64,000 nt of DNA from Geosiphon pyriformis uo1 (taxonomy: Eukaryota; Fungi; Glomeromycota). The notes beneath the pieces were generated by a model. It was given only the letters and a program-made list of their open reading frames with translations, ran no database searches and had not been told where the DNA came from. Each line of letters begins with the position of its first letter. Positions within the stretch are counted from its first letter, which is position 1. The translations under genes and the position numbers were made by a program. The stretch covers positions 1,556,757 to 1,620,756 of the forward strand of contig JAAOMT010000134.1 of the NCBI GenBank assembly GCA_016748015.1, read 5' to 3'. Positions 51,291 through 64,000 of the stretch are shown piece by piece.

Positions 51291-53135
51291 TATAGTAATC
51301 ACGTTTTTTCAATAATTTTTAATTGGTTTTTTTACTCAGATAATAATATTAACAAAATTTTATAAATTATAAATATTTATGCTTATTTAAAATATAAAGT
51401 AAAATTTTATGTATATTTTTAATATTTTATAATAGTTTGTTAATATTTATTCTAATTATATGAATTATATTTTTTTCAATAAGAATAAATTACTTAGAAG
51501 CCAAAAAATCAGCTTAATTTTGATTATTAAATTTTATTATAGCTTTCTATTATAATTTTATTAATTATATTTTAATTAATTTAATAATACTATATTTAAT
51601 TAATACAATACATTATTTTTATTAATATTTTTATTAATATTTTTATTAAAATTTTTTTAATTACTATAGCTTAATTTATATAATTGTTTACTAGATATTT
51701 TAAATTATTATTTATATTTATTTTGTTGCTTTTTACTAAATTAACTATCTTAATTATATTAGATTTAAATATAAAAATAGCATAAATAATTTTACCAAAT
51801 TTTGAAAAAGTAGAAATTTCTTTAAAACTATTAATATTTAAAAACAATTTCTTAACAGTTTTTATTTTTTTTTAAGATAACTTTTAATGATAACTAAAAG
51901 ATTAATATTTAAAACAAATAACTTATAAACAAAAATATTAACCAGAATTTTTTTTAAAAGAAAAAAAAAGAGGTAATATTATCTAAAATATTATTATTTT
52001 TATTATTACTAATACCAAAATTAATTTTATTAAAAGGGTTTTCAAGAACATGCTTAGTCATAACTTTTAACTTTTTGAAAGTCGAATTTATGTCTTTAAA
52101 ATTAAGATTATTTTTACTAATAAGTTAAAAACTGGTTTTTTTATTAAATATTTTTTTTATGTTTATATTTTTTAATTCTATAGTGTTTTCGGTATCTAAA
52201 CCAATTAATTTGCCAATTAAGTAAACACTAAAAAGTATAAAAATACCAATATTAATATTAAGTTTTTTTAAAACTTTATTTTTTTATTTTTTTTTAGCAG
52301 CTAAATTTATAGTAACTAAATTAATACCAAACTTTTTTTTAACCTTTTTTATAATAAAATTACTGATATTATTGGTGGTTTTGAATTTAAAAAAAATAGT
52401 ATAAAAGTATTTAATTGAATAATAAAATATAAAAAAAAACAAAAAAATCTTTTTTAAAAAATTTAACTCTTTATAAAATTTGAAATATATAAAAAAAAAA
52501 AGTTTTTTTATATTTTTTTATAAATATTATTGTTATTACTTATAAAAATTACAATATATAATAAAAAAATCATTATTAAAATTATGCAAAAAAAGTTATA
52601 TTATTATATTTAATTAACAAAATTAAATAACAAATAGAAAAAAATATAACATAATTTAATTGATTAAATAAATTAAATATAAAATTTTTTTGATAAATTA
52701 AAAATTATTAATAAAAATTAAAGATTAGTACATGTAATTTAATAATAACAAATTTTATTATGTTTTAAAATTTTTATATATTTTTATATATATAATCTAA
52801 TATTTTAGATTTATAATTATTATTTAAAAATAATTACTAAGAAATATAATTAATTAATCTGTTTTTGATTATGTTAATTATAATCATAATTAATATTATT
52901 AATATGTAATTAAAAATTTAAATCAAATTATTTAAATTTGATTATTTAATAGTTTATAAAATAATAATATATTAAGTTTATAATTAATTTAATTAATTTA
53001 ATATATTTAAATGGGTTTAAAAAGGAAAAACTTCTTTCTTTCCTTCATCCTAAATTCCTAAAAAAGAGTCAAAAGTTTTTTGAAAGAAGTTTTTTACAAT
53101 TCAGTATGATAAATTTAAACCCTTTATTCTTGACT

Positions 53136-54962
53136 ATGAGGCCACTATTGGCTGTAGTATTGCTGTCATAAAGAAGGCTGCTAAAGTTTCTGGTTTTAGT
53201 AATGACTTTAGACCTGTTCTTTTGAGAAAAAAAAGAAAGGGTGGTGTTTTAAAAGAAGGTTCTGATAATGGGAATGTTGGTTCTAAGGTTTAAAATAGTC
53301 ACTCATGAAATTTAGAGACTGGTGACACCACTAAGTCTAACAGTATTGATATGGAGAAGGAATGTCTGATAGAAGAAACCAGTTTTGATTATGGTGAAGA
53401 CAGTGCTCTTGCTGGAAGGGATTCTAATTAGACACCTACTGGTTCGAAAGTCAAAAACCAAAAAAGCATTAGGCAAGCCATTGGATAAGATTAATTTTTC
53501 ATTAAGCAAGTTAATGATAATATTTTCTTGGATGCTCCATTAGAACTCCTCCCATCTCTCAAGAATCTGGTCAACATTTCTGTTTGTAAATCTTTTGCTT
53601 TGGATATTGGGTTGGACAATGTGGTTGGGAAATCCTCTCAGAAAAAGCTTGCAGTAGTCAGAAAGTTGTTTTCAAAAATTAATGGTTTTGGGAGAGCTTT
53701 TACCTTCTCAAAATTTGCTGGGATCATCAAAGCAACATTTACTTCCGAATTGAGTTTGACACAGACTTCAAAAAAGGCTAAAGAAGCAAAGATTTTGGTA
53801 AATGTTAATCTTAAAAAATTATCTGAATGTTCAAATCTGGGCTGTAGTGTTGAAAAAAATTCCAATTAGAACACCAACAGAGGCTGTGTGTGCTGTGCTA
53901 TCCAAATTCAGGTTAATTAAGTCGATCAAAATGCAATTGGTGGGGCTCTGGCAAAAAGCAGTGGTTGAATTTGAACAGGTTGATCATGCTGATTTGGTCA
54001 CAGCAAAATGATCTATCCTGATTGGGAAAAATGCAGTGCATGTTGCTAGATCTGATGTGGATAAAGAATCATGGGATGTGCAAGATGTTTACAAAGCTCT
54101 TTTGTACATCCTGCCAATGGGAACCAATGCACATGATATTTGGGATTATGTTGCTTTAATAGATGGGAAAACTTGTGTAATTGACTATTATCCAGTTTCT
54201 TATGCCTGGGCCAGATACATTACTGTTTGTTTTGATTCTGTTGAGTCTTTGAATGCTGTCATAGAGACCACACCTGTTCTAAAAGGAGCCAATCTGTGCT
54301 GGTTTTGTCTTGTTTCAGCCAAGTGTGCTGAGTATGGAAAAATGGGCCACACATCATTAGTTTGTCCTCTTGGTGGGAAAAAAAATGTTTCTTCTGGTGC
54401 TTTATTACAGAAAACTCTTTCAAATTTGGATAAAAGTAGGCTGGCTGCCATATATGCCAAATGCTTAGCTCCAGTTGCTCATCCTGTTTTTTTTGGTAGT
54501 GTCTTATAAGCACAAATTACTAGTGGTTCCTCCTTTCATCCTCCTTCTGTTCAGAATATTTTGATAAATGCTGGTTCCTCTTTGGAGATGAAGCCTATTC
54601 TGCTAGTGCCTTTGGAATTGAATGATAGGTTTGCCACTCTTGAGTGCAGTCTTGCCAGCCTCGCAGAGTGTGTGGACAAGCTGGCTAAGTTGAATACATC
54701 TGGGCCAATAGTTTCTCAGCTTAACTCTAGATGTCAGTCATTGATAACCCCTTCATTACAGAATCAAGGGGTGAATATAGTAATGAGTAAGAGTTTGGAT
54801 GTGGCTGCTGGTGATAAGACTGTTGTGGGAGTGGTGGTTTTTGATCCCTCAGTTATTTTAAAATTGGAGAAAACTTTGAACAATCTTTCAATCATAGTTA
54901 TGAGTCTTTTGGCTAAAATAAACAATACTAGTTTGGTTTCTGCCCCTCTTCTTTATCAATGA
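53136..54962 (+). pseudogene. LINE ORF1 (nucleic-acid-binding protein; start uncertain)
   Basis: RRM-like segments (AVVLKKIP...KAVVEF; ALLYILP), degenerate knuckle CAEYGKMGHTSLVC, and a coiled-coil-like C-terminal region. Confidence 0.75.
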
Positions 54963-57900
54963 GTGATAAGGTTTGGAAAGTTGCCACTTGCAACATTAGG
55001 AAGATGAACAATTCTGCTAAGTAGAGAAATATAATTTGTTGGCATAAGGAAATAAACAATTTGATTTTCATTGTTACTAAGACTAAGTTAAAAGATACGG
55101 TTCATCCATAAATCACAAACAAGTTTGATGGTGTTCGTATTTTTACTTCTGGTGCTAATTCTGGTTATTTGGATTCTGATGTTGTCATTATTATAGATGT
55201 CTTTCTGGTTTGCCACACATGTAAAATTTCTGAGGTCCCTGGTCAGCTCCTTTCTGTTAAGCTATTTTTTAAAAATAAACTTTCTGTTTCTATTTTGAGA
55301 CTGTATGCTGGTGTCTCTTCTATGGTTCAATTCTTCCAAGCTGATGGTATTAATTTTTTTATTGCAAGGATGGTTAATGAGTCTTTTTTTGTTATCCTTG
55401 GTGGTGACTTTAAAGAAGATAGTTCTTGTAAGAATGCAAGTTTCAAAAAGTGTGTGAATTTGGAGCTAGTTAATTCTTTGGTCAGTAGTCCAGCTGTTAA
55501 GGAGCCTACTTGGACAAACTCTAGGGGTGTTATGAAGATGATTGACTTCATATTTGTTTCTCTGAATCTGGTAAATGCAATAGTACATCATGAAGTTTTG
55601 GATGTCAGTAAGCATTTTGACATGAATCACAAAGCTGTTTTCATGTCTGTGGATTTGAGTGGCCTTTTGGATACACAGTTGGCCTTTCTTCACAAACAAG
55701 CAAATAGAAATCAGTGGAAGTTCAATTTTAAAAATGCTAGTAAGAATAAGTGGAATGATTTTAAGCAAGTCATATTAGCCAATGCAGCAATGCTCTTGGA
55801 TGAGTTTACTGCAGCTTCAAGGTTCTCAGATTTGGATGCAATATAAGATGTTATTCATAAAGTTATGTATCTTTCAGCTAATGAGATTTTCAGCAAAAAA
55901 TGGTTTAAGAACCTTGATCATGTTTTCACCAAGGAATCTTTGAAGTTTCACAGATTAGAACTTTTGGTTTCAAAGATTGTTAGAACTTCTCATGAGGATG
56001 GTATTGTTAATTTTATTTCTCTTATAGGGTGTTGGTGCTCTTTGGACAATACTAAAGCTTCAGTTGTTCAAGATCTGATTGACTCTAATGTGAACTTTGA
56101 TCATGTTCATTCTGCTCTCTTTAGTGTTAGGAAATCTAATCGTGCTTTGAAACTTGCAGAATCTCTGAGGTTTAAGAAAGTGAATATCAGATCTGCCATT
56201 GATAAAAGGATGGATAGCTTTGAAACAAATAAAGGTCATACTATAAAAAGTGTATTGGAGCACTCATTTTACAAAGTGGTGCTTAACTATTTGGTTGTTG
56301 ATAATAAGCTGGTTTTGAAGTCTGATTTGATTAAGTCTAAAGTTAATACAATTATAGAAAGTTGGATTCAGAAGTGTTAGACAGTCTCTGATGTTTCTAG
56401 TAAATAGTGTCAACAGTATCAGCCTTTGGGATATGTTTTTAATGGAGCTTTTTCTGGTGTGATATGTTCGATTGAATTTGATGAATTTATTGGGGTGGTT
56501 TTTAATCTGTCTAATGGCAAAGCTGCTGGTCTCTTAGGTATCTCAAATAAACTTTGGAAACATTGTAATAGATCTGTTCTGGACATGCTTTTGTTGCTTC
56601 TGAATTCTTGTTTGTCTAGTAAATCTGTGCCCAGTTCTTGGAAAAAGGCTTGGGTATTGATGATTTCCAAACCATATGAATGGGAAGGTGTTTTGACGAA
56701 TACCTGCCCTATAGCCTTAATAGAAACAGCTTGCAAAATTCTTTCCAAGATTCTCTCTGATAGAATTTTTTCAGCTTGCAGTACTTTTGATGTTCTTTGA
56801 GAAAACAATTTTTTGGTTTTGAAGGGCATGTTAATTCAGTCTCCCATTTTCACAATAAGATCAGTCATTGAAGATGCTTTGGAAAAAAATCAGAAGATCT
56901 GACTGGTGTTGCAGGACATGTGGAAAGCATATGATTTGGTTGGCTGGAAACATCTTAAAAAAAGTTTGGTTAGGATCAAAATGTGTGACAAATTCATTCA
57001 ATTTTTTGGTAGTATTCATAAGGATTGTACTAACCGAGTTATGACAAATTTTGGCTTGTCAGATGGTTATTGTGTACATGACGGTCTGGACCAGGAAAAA
57101 ATTTTTTCCTCCTTCTGTAGCATATATTTTATGATCCTCTGTTGTGTAAAGTCAAGTGTCAGAAAAGTATGTGTGGGTACAGAATTAATTCTTACTTTAT
57201 TTCTAGGAGTGGTCACACTGAATCTCAGACTGGAATTTCTTCTTTTCTTGCTGCTAGCACTTTTGTTGATAATACTATTTGGGTTGGTAGCAGTTAGAGC
57301 GCTACTCAACACATTTTTAATATTGCTAGTGAGTTTTTTCAGATCAATAACATTTCAATTAACAATAATAAAACAGTGGCCATCCTCATTAATAGCAGAA
57401 TTAGCAATTTTTTTCTTTTTATTAGTAGTTCGCCCATCTCTATTGCCAAAAAGAGGGAATCTCATTAGTATTTGGGTATTTTTTTTTCAATTGAGGGTCT
57501 TTTGAAGCCTAGTTTGGTTAAGACACATTTGGATGTTTGTTTTTTTACCAATATGGTTCTAAGAAAAGCTGTGTTGGATAAACAGTTCTTGTATTTGGTT
57601 TCAGCAGTTTTCCATCCTATTGTCAGTTATAGAACTCAGTTTAGCTTTATTCCTATTGGTGTGTACAATAAGTGAGATGCTCTAATTTGCAAAGGCTTGA
57701 AGCTGAAGTCTGGTCTGTCTCTTAACTTTCCTGGTAATACGATACACCACCCCTTATTTTATGGTCTAAAGTTCTTCTCACAAATTCAATCTGAAAGTAA
57801 AATTGCTTTACTTGTTAGCTTTGTGAACTCTGGTGGAATTTTGGGTCATTTGTTCTTTTACCAGTCATATAACTTACAAGTTTGGTGTTGGCATCCTGTT

Positions 57901-59634
57901 CATCTGTTGGTCTCTTCTGTTTGTACTCATATCAACATCTTTAATAATTTTCTGGCAGGTATGGTTCATATTTTTTTTGATTGTAATTTATTCCTGAGTG
58001 GCCCTCTGGCCAATTCTTTTCGATTTCATGGTGGTGTGCCTATGTCAGTTGTTCTGGGTGAATTAAGATTTGTCAGATTTCTCTCTTCTTTCTGACAGTA
58101 TGGTATTGCTTTTGTAGATCAACTTTGTGCTGTTTTTGATTGGTATGCCTTTAAGCATTGGAAAAAATTAGATCTCTGTGGCCCTGTTCTGGAGTGGTTC
58201 AAGCTGTCCACTGCATTTCTCAATAATGTGGCTTTGTCTTCAACTCAATCCTTGGCTGTGTGTAGTGATGATTTCTTGGACATTTTTGGGTCTTGTGACT
58301 TTGTGTTTGTTTGTGATCAGCTTTCGCAGATTGATGCTGGTATTTTATCTGTATACATGGATGGTTCATTAAAAAATCTGGGCACAGCTAGCTGTAGAGC
58401 TGGTGCTGCCACCTTTTTTAAGGACATTGGTTTGGGTTTGGGGGTTGGTGTGTTAGGTTTGATGTCTTTTACTCTGGCTAAATTACAAGCCATTGCATTG
58501 GTTCTAAAATGTGTTCCTTTATCTAGTTCTGTTCACTTTTTTTCAAATAATCAGTCTGCTTTGGATGCTTGCAAGTCAGAAATGGGTCTGGTGTGTTCTG
58601 ATTTTTGTAATCAATGTTGGATTGAGCATTGATATATCATTAATGTTATTCGTGATAAGAATTTGAGAGTTAGTTGGCACAAGGTAAAAGATTACTCTGG
58701 TATTTTGGGGAATGAGCATACTAACATGATTGCTGATGCCACTTCTCTTTCAGGTTGGCATCTTTCTCCTTATTTGGATGAACATTTTATTGTAGCAGAT
58801 TATGGTATAGTCTCTGGCAATTCTAGACACTTTGTTCATGATATTTATCATTCCATCTGTCATGCATGTTGGGAAGTTGGTTCTGGTTTGAGGTTTTTGG
58901 AGGGTAGTTTGCTTTCCAATATTGACTGGGTCCACTCTTTATTGGTGTGGCATCCTAATTTGCACATGGCCACTGGTTTTACCAGCTTGTCTTTAGCTAA
59001 TGCATGTATGTACTTTATAAAAGCTTTACATCATTGTTTGCCCATTGCTGTTCAGAAGTGCCATTATAGTAAACTTTATCCCAGTGTATTGTGCTTATAT
59101 TGTGGTGATATGGAGATATTAGATCATGTATTCTCTTGTAGAATTGATAAGTCTGCCCACTGTTGATTGTTGGACTCCCACATGAATTCTTGGAAAGCAC
59201 TTTTTGGCCTTGCTTATTTGTTTTCATGTGTGTTGCAACTGTTATTGTTCTGTATCTCTGATTCTTTTGTGTCTATAGCTCTCTTCAAGGGCTTTGTTTT
59301 TGATGGTTGGTTCCACAAAGCTGTTTCCATTTTTCATGATCTCAAAATCACTGATATGGAAGTTGTCAAATTTGTTCACTCTCTTAGTATGGCTTTTAGA
59401 AATAATATCTGGTTGGTTTACACTAAATACTGTGCTTATATAAAAAAAAATGGTTTGATTTTCATTGATGGTTTGGTACTTATCTCGGTTTCAGGCTTGG
59501 CTTCGGGGTTTTCTGCTGGTGTATTAAAACTGCTTGGTATTGCTGATGCTTTTGGTATACATTTTGGTTTTTGTAAATTTTGTTTATTTTTTAGTGGTAT
59601 TAGTGGCTTGATGTCAGTTTATATAGCTGTATAG
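54959..59634 (+). pseudogene. LINE ORF2: APE endonuclease, RT, RNase H, C-terminal Cys/His motif
   Basis: KVATCNIR, ILGGDF, IDFIFVS; GKAAG, PIALIE, QDMWKAYD, GLDQ, FVDN (degenerate YADD); VYMDGS, WHKVK.YSGILGNEH; CLYC...DHVFSC. Confidence 0.92.
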
Positions 59635-62600
59635 TGTTGTTTTAATCGGCTCAAATGGCTGGTCACATGTAGAAAGTACATAATTCACACTTAGTTTAGA
59701 TTATTTCTCTAATGTATAGCATTAGACTATGTTTGGACCTCACTTGTTAAATAAAAAAATAAAAAAAAATGGTTTTAATATAATATGTAAATTTAATATA
59801 ATTTAGTTATATATACAAACTTTTTGTTAGCTTAAAAAAGTATTAATTTTATATTGAACCAATTTTTTTATAGTTTTATTATAAATAATTTGTTTTTTAA
59901 TATATATATTTTTTTCATTTTTTGGATTTTAAATATTTATTATTAATATCTAAGTTATGTTTTTTATTATAATTTTTTACATACTTATTATCAATATTTT
60001 TAGTTTTTTATTATTTTATATTTTTTAACAAATATATATTATTAAAATTTTATGTTTTATTTTTACAAATAAATTCTTAATTTTATTATTTAATCTTGTG
60101 TTTATTAAAAATATAGTTTTAATAATAATATTTAATTATGTTTTTTATAAACTTCTTAATTATTTTATTTTTATTTTTATAAATTAAACTTTTAAACATT
60201 ACATATTTTTAACAGTTAATTAATTATAAATTTGTTAAATTAATTTTAATTTTTGGTTCATTGTATTTTTTGTGTTTTTATAGAATTTAATTATTATTTT
60301 TATTCAAAAATAAATAGCAATAACAATACTCTTTTTTGTTTTAAATATTTTATTTACAATTTTTACTTTTTTAAATATTAAAATAATCCATATACTTACA
60401 TATATATTATAGTTTTTAATTATATATTATCTAATAAAAATATTATTGTTATTAAAAAATTATTAAATTTATGTTTTTTATTTAGTAATATTAATTTTAA
60501 AAAACAATATTAAGTTGTTTTATATGAATTTTGCTTTTTAAATATTATTGTTAAAATTATTATTGGTAATTTTATTTTTTTGTTTTGTTATTATAATTTT
60601 TTATTTTTTAAAGATTATAAATCTTTCTGTTTTAAAAATTAATACTTTATATAGTATTATATATTAATAAAATATTTATTTTTGTTATAAATATTAATTT
60701 TTTGATTATTTTATTTTTTTTATTTTATTTTTGTTAAAACTTTTATTAAGGTTTTATTTTAAAAAAAGTTGTTATTAATTATTTTGTTAATTTTATTTTA
60801 TATTAACAAGTTGTTTTTAAGATATTTGTACTTTTTTTATGATTGCTAATATTAGTTTTAAATTTAAGTTAAAATTTTTAAATTTTTAAATTTTAAATTT
60901 AGTATTAAACTTATTAATTTTTTGGTAATTTTAATTATATCTATTTAAAAATATGTATAAAAATTATAAAATAGAAACTAATTTGGTTATAATAAAATAT
61001 ACTATTAATAATTTTATTAATTTTTTAGATAATTTATTTAAAAATTTTGTTGGTCTTAAAGCTATAATAAAATTTGGTTAAATAAATAAAAATAAATACT
61101 GCTAATACATTTTTTTTGAGTAATTTTAACTATTAAATATTTAATAATATTATAACAAATAAGTAATTTTTATATTAAATATAGTATTAAAAAAACTAAA
61201 TTGTTTTTGAATAAGTTTATTTTTAATAATTAAAATTTGAATAGTTTTATTAATAAACTTAGTAAATTGAATTTGTTTTTAATTTAGTTTAATTAATGTT
61301 TTAATTAACTTAAATAATTAGCTATATATAAAAAACATATAATTTATATATTAATTTAAAACTTTTAATAAATTATATTAAATAATAATTAGATTATATT
61401 TTATTAAAATATAAAAAAAAATTTTGCTGTTTTTATTATTATATTTTTTTTTTATTACAAGTTTAGCGAGTACAGCCCAATCACATTATATTTTTAAATA
61501 AACTAATAAATAAAAATAAAAAATTTAAAAATAATTTATAATTATTAATAAAATAATACACTAATATTAGTTTATGTTTTATTTCAACAATTTTTAAAAT
61601 TAATAACAAATATTATTGTATTTTTTAATTATGTTTTATAAATTGTAAAAATAAGTAAATAGTTTTTTAACAATAAAAAATAAAAAAATAAAAAGATGTA
61701 AAAATAAGAAAAAAAAATAACCAATATAATTTAATTTTTTTTTATAGTTAAAAGACTCATTATTTATATAATTGTCAAAAAAAACTAATAATTTTATCTA
61801 AAAATAAAAAAACTAATACATATAAATTAATAAAACTATAAATTTTAATCATAATATTATTTTTTAAAAAGATTAAGCTTTTATAAAACCAGATTATTTA
61901 TTTAAATAGTGTTTTTTAACTTAAAATTAATTAGTTTATTAAAGTTTTTTGCTAAAAAAAATATATAAAAAATAAAATAAAATAAGCTTTAAATTTAAAA
62001 TAGAAAAATTTTGGATCTTTTAAAAATAATTAAAATTTTTAAAAATATTGAAAAGTAATAATAATTTTGTTGTTATGTTTTTAATATATATTGGTTAATT
62101 TTATTGTTAATTTTTTCTTTTTTGGTAGCTAATTTTTTAATCTTAATAATTGTATACATATTTATTATATTTATTATAATAGTTTATTTACCAATAATTA
62201 AAATAATATTTAAATAGTTTATTGTTTAATATTTATAAAGAGTATTAAAAATATTTTAAATGTATTGATTTATAAAATAATTATTTATGTTGATTAATAA
62301 TATGTTTGTTTTGAAAATAATATATTTATTTATATCTAATTTTTATTGATTATTAAAACTAGTATTACTATTATAAACAATTAAGTCATTTGTAATACTT
62401 CTTAAGTTTGGTGTTATGTACAGGGCAATTATTAAAGATTTACTTAAATTCAAAAAAATTATAATATAATTTAAAATAAATTTGTATTAATTTAAATGAA
62501 TAATTAATATATAATATTAAACAAAAAAAGCAATTGCCAAAAATCAAGAATTATTGATAAAGTAATTTAGATTTTTAGACTCATATAAAAAATATGAAAC

Positions 62601-62861
62601 TTTAAAAATTTAAAAATCGTGTAAAATATTAAATATCTCAAAATTTTTAATTTGATTTATTAAATTTATGAAGCTAAATCTGCTGAACTATAAAGAGAGC
62701 ATCAAATTAAAAACCAAAGAAGATCACCGCAAATCCTTCATTTGAACGACGTCACATTGCTTGTTATCCTCCGATCACATCATAAAGCCAAAACCCCCGA
62801 GTCTCTTTTCGTTTCTCAAAAAACCAGTGATTCGCATTCTTTTTATTAACATTTGCTTACA

Positions 62862-63941
62862 ATGACTTCAAAGACAGGAGATTCTTTACTCATTGATGGT
62901 CAAGACTTACCGACTACAGAGACTTTTGTAGCATCAGCGACACATCCCCAAGAAGAAATTTGGTCCTCGATTCTCAATAGCGCTGCTTCTTCGAAAATAG
63001 TCCCAACCAAGAATGTTTTAATACTTGGTAAATTTTTATTTGCTATTAAGCGTTAAAAACTGAAGAACCAAACTCAAATTTTGACGCGTAGAATAAATTA
63101 ATCAAATTTATGGTTTCTCTATACACTGAAGGTGATAGAGAGTCCGGGAAATCAAATCTCATCAGTCAACTTAAAGGTGAAGGAGACGAGCTTTTTGAAG
63201 TAGCTGTACCTAATGGAGTTGCTGCAAAAAGCATTGGTGTCGGTCCCGAAGATCCCTCGTCTAAACAACGCCAAAAAAATGATCTGGCCTTAAGTTACAC
63301 CTATTTAGAAATTAAAGATAAGGATGACGAAACAGAAGGTTCGTCATTTTTTACTCAATAAAAACTAATGCAAAAGCAAAATTTATCTGATTCCATTTTA
63401 GGGTAGAAATTAATTGAACCTCTCATACGCGATCCATATTCCATCAAGATACCATTGCTCGTCTCGGTCTATACCAACTTGCCGGGAGCCAGAAGGCCTA
63501 TAATTCACTCCTTAGATTTGCTCTCAACTCCACAACCCTAGCTGACTCCTTAGTTGTGATCGTGTTGGATTGGGCGAGACCTTGGACATTTATCGAGACT
63601 CTACAGCGATGGATCAAATTAGTCCAAGAGGGTATCCATGCCATTCGTGCTGAAGGTGCTGTAACTGGTTCCAAGAGTGACTGGACAGAAGGACAGAAGG
63701 TCGTTGAAGAAGTGAAGGAGTCGCGTATGCTACAATATCATCATTTTTGTTCCTCCATATTTATTATTTGATAAATTATATTCTAATTATTCTGTTTCCT
63801 TTAATAGTTCTACGCTTTATCCAAAATTATACTGATCCCGATTCGGCTACTCCCGTTAGCAACACAGATATTGATATACCTTTACGTGACGGAACCCTTA
63901 CGGAGAATTTGGGTGTTCCCTTGATCGTTGTGTGTGCCAAG
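62862..63941 (+). CDS. DLIC: Cytoplasmic dynein light intermediate chain, exons 1-4 (62862-63027, 63132-63338, 63449-63724, 63808-63941; continues beyond window)
   Basis: GT-AG splicing gives one frame: IWSSIL...KNVLILGDRESGKS (P-loop), ALSYTYLEIKD, VVIVLDWARPW, LTENLGVPLIVVCAK, all typical of DLIC proteins. Confidence 0.92.
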
Positions 63942-64000
63942 GTTGTAAAATTATGCGTGGCTATTATTTATGGCTTATTATTTGAGTCGTCTTTATATCT

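Larger units (their letters stand above)
53021..59766 (+). mobile_element. Full-length degenerate LINE (ORF1; ORF2 APE-RT-RNase H-Zn)
   Basis: Candidate TSD AAATGGGTTTAA (53009-53020) / AAATGGTTTTAA (59767-59778); TTT/AAA-type target; A-rich tail from about 59748; sharp composition edges. Confidence 0.92.

Noticed and set aside
56906-57505. Hydrophobic, membrane-like second half of the 199-aa ORF
   Set aside because: Product of a frameshift inside LINE RT; the RT motifs continue in another frame.
50870-62430. Possible TA-flanked DNA-transposon termini (GACTGTA near 50878, TACAGCCC near 61471, TACAGGGC near 62419)
   Set aside because: I could not pair any of them as inverted repeats in such low-complexity DNA.

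Overview
Eukaryotic, very AT-rich DNA. The intron style, the dynein gene and the repeat families suggest an early-diverging fungus such as a Glomeromycotina species (inference only). Bases 1-46649 are a nested stack of five Ty3/Gypsy-type LTR retrotransposons from three families, which I resolved by LTR ends and 4-bp target-site duplications (TSDs). A (+, 5' end outside the window) contains B (-, 1900-21181), which contains C (+, 5740-15113). A also contains D (-, 24655-44106), which contains E (+, 25732-35080). A itself sits inside a LINE, whose 3' part is at 46650-48358. Next come about 4.6 kb of extremely AT-rich eroded DNA (a LINE 3' stub and a probable pogo/Tigger fossil), a full-length degenerate LINE (53021-59766), more AT-rich DNA, and the first four exons of a cytoplasmic dynein light intermediate chain gene (from 62862). 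The LTR elements share an unusual genome plan. One reading frame encodes an N-terminal extension, Gag, protease, a Cys-rich domain, dUTPase, a dUTPase-like repeat, RT and RNase H, and it stops right after RNase H in all five copies. Integrase is a separate ORF behind an A/C-rich spacer of variable length and frame. A conserved third ORF of unknown function ends at the PPT. In family B/E the leader before the capsid AUG is almost free of AUG codons, and the extension starts at a GTG. All repeat ORFs are broken, mostly by C>T/G>A changes. All calls were made by eye from the sequence and the ORF track; no database searches were run.
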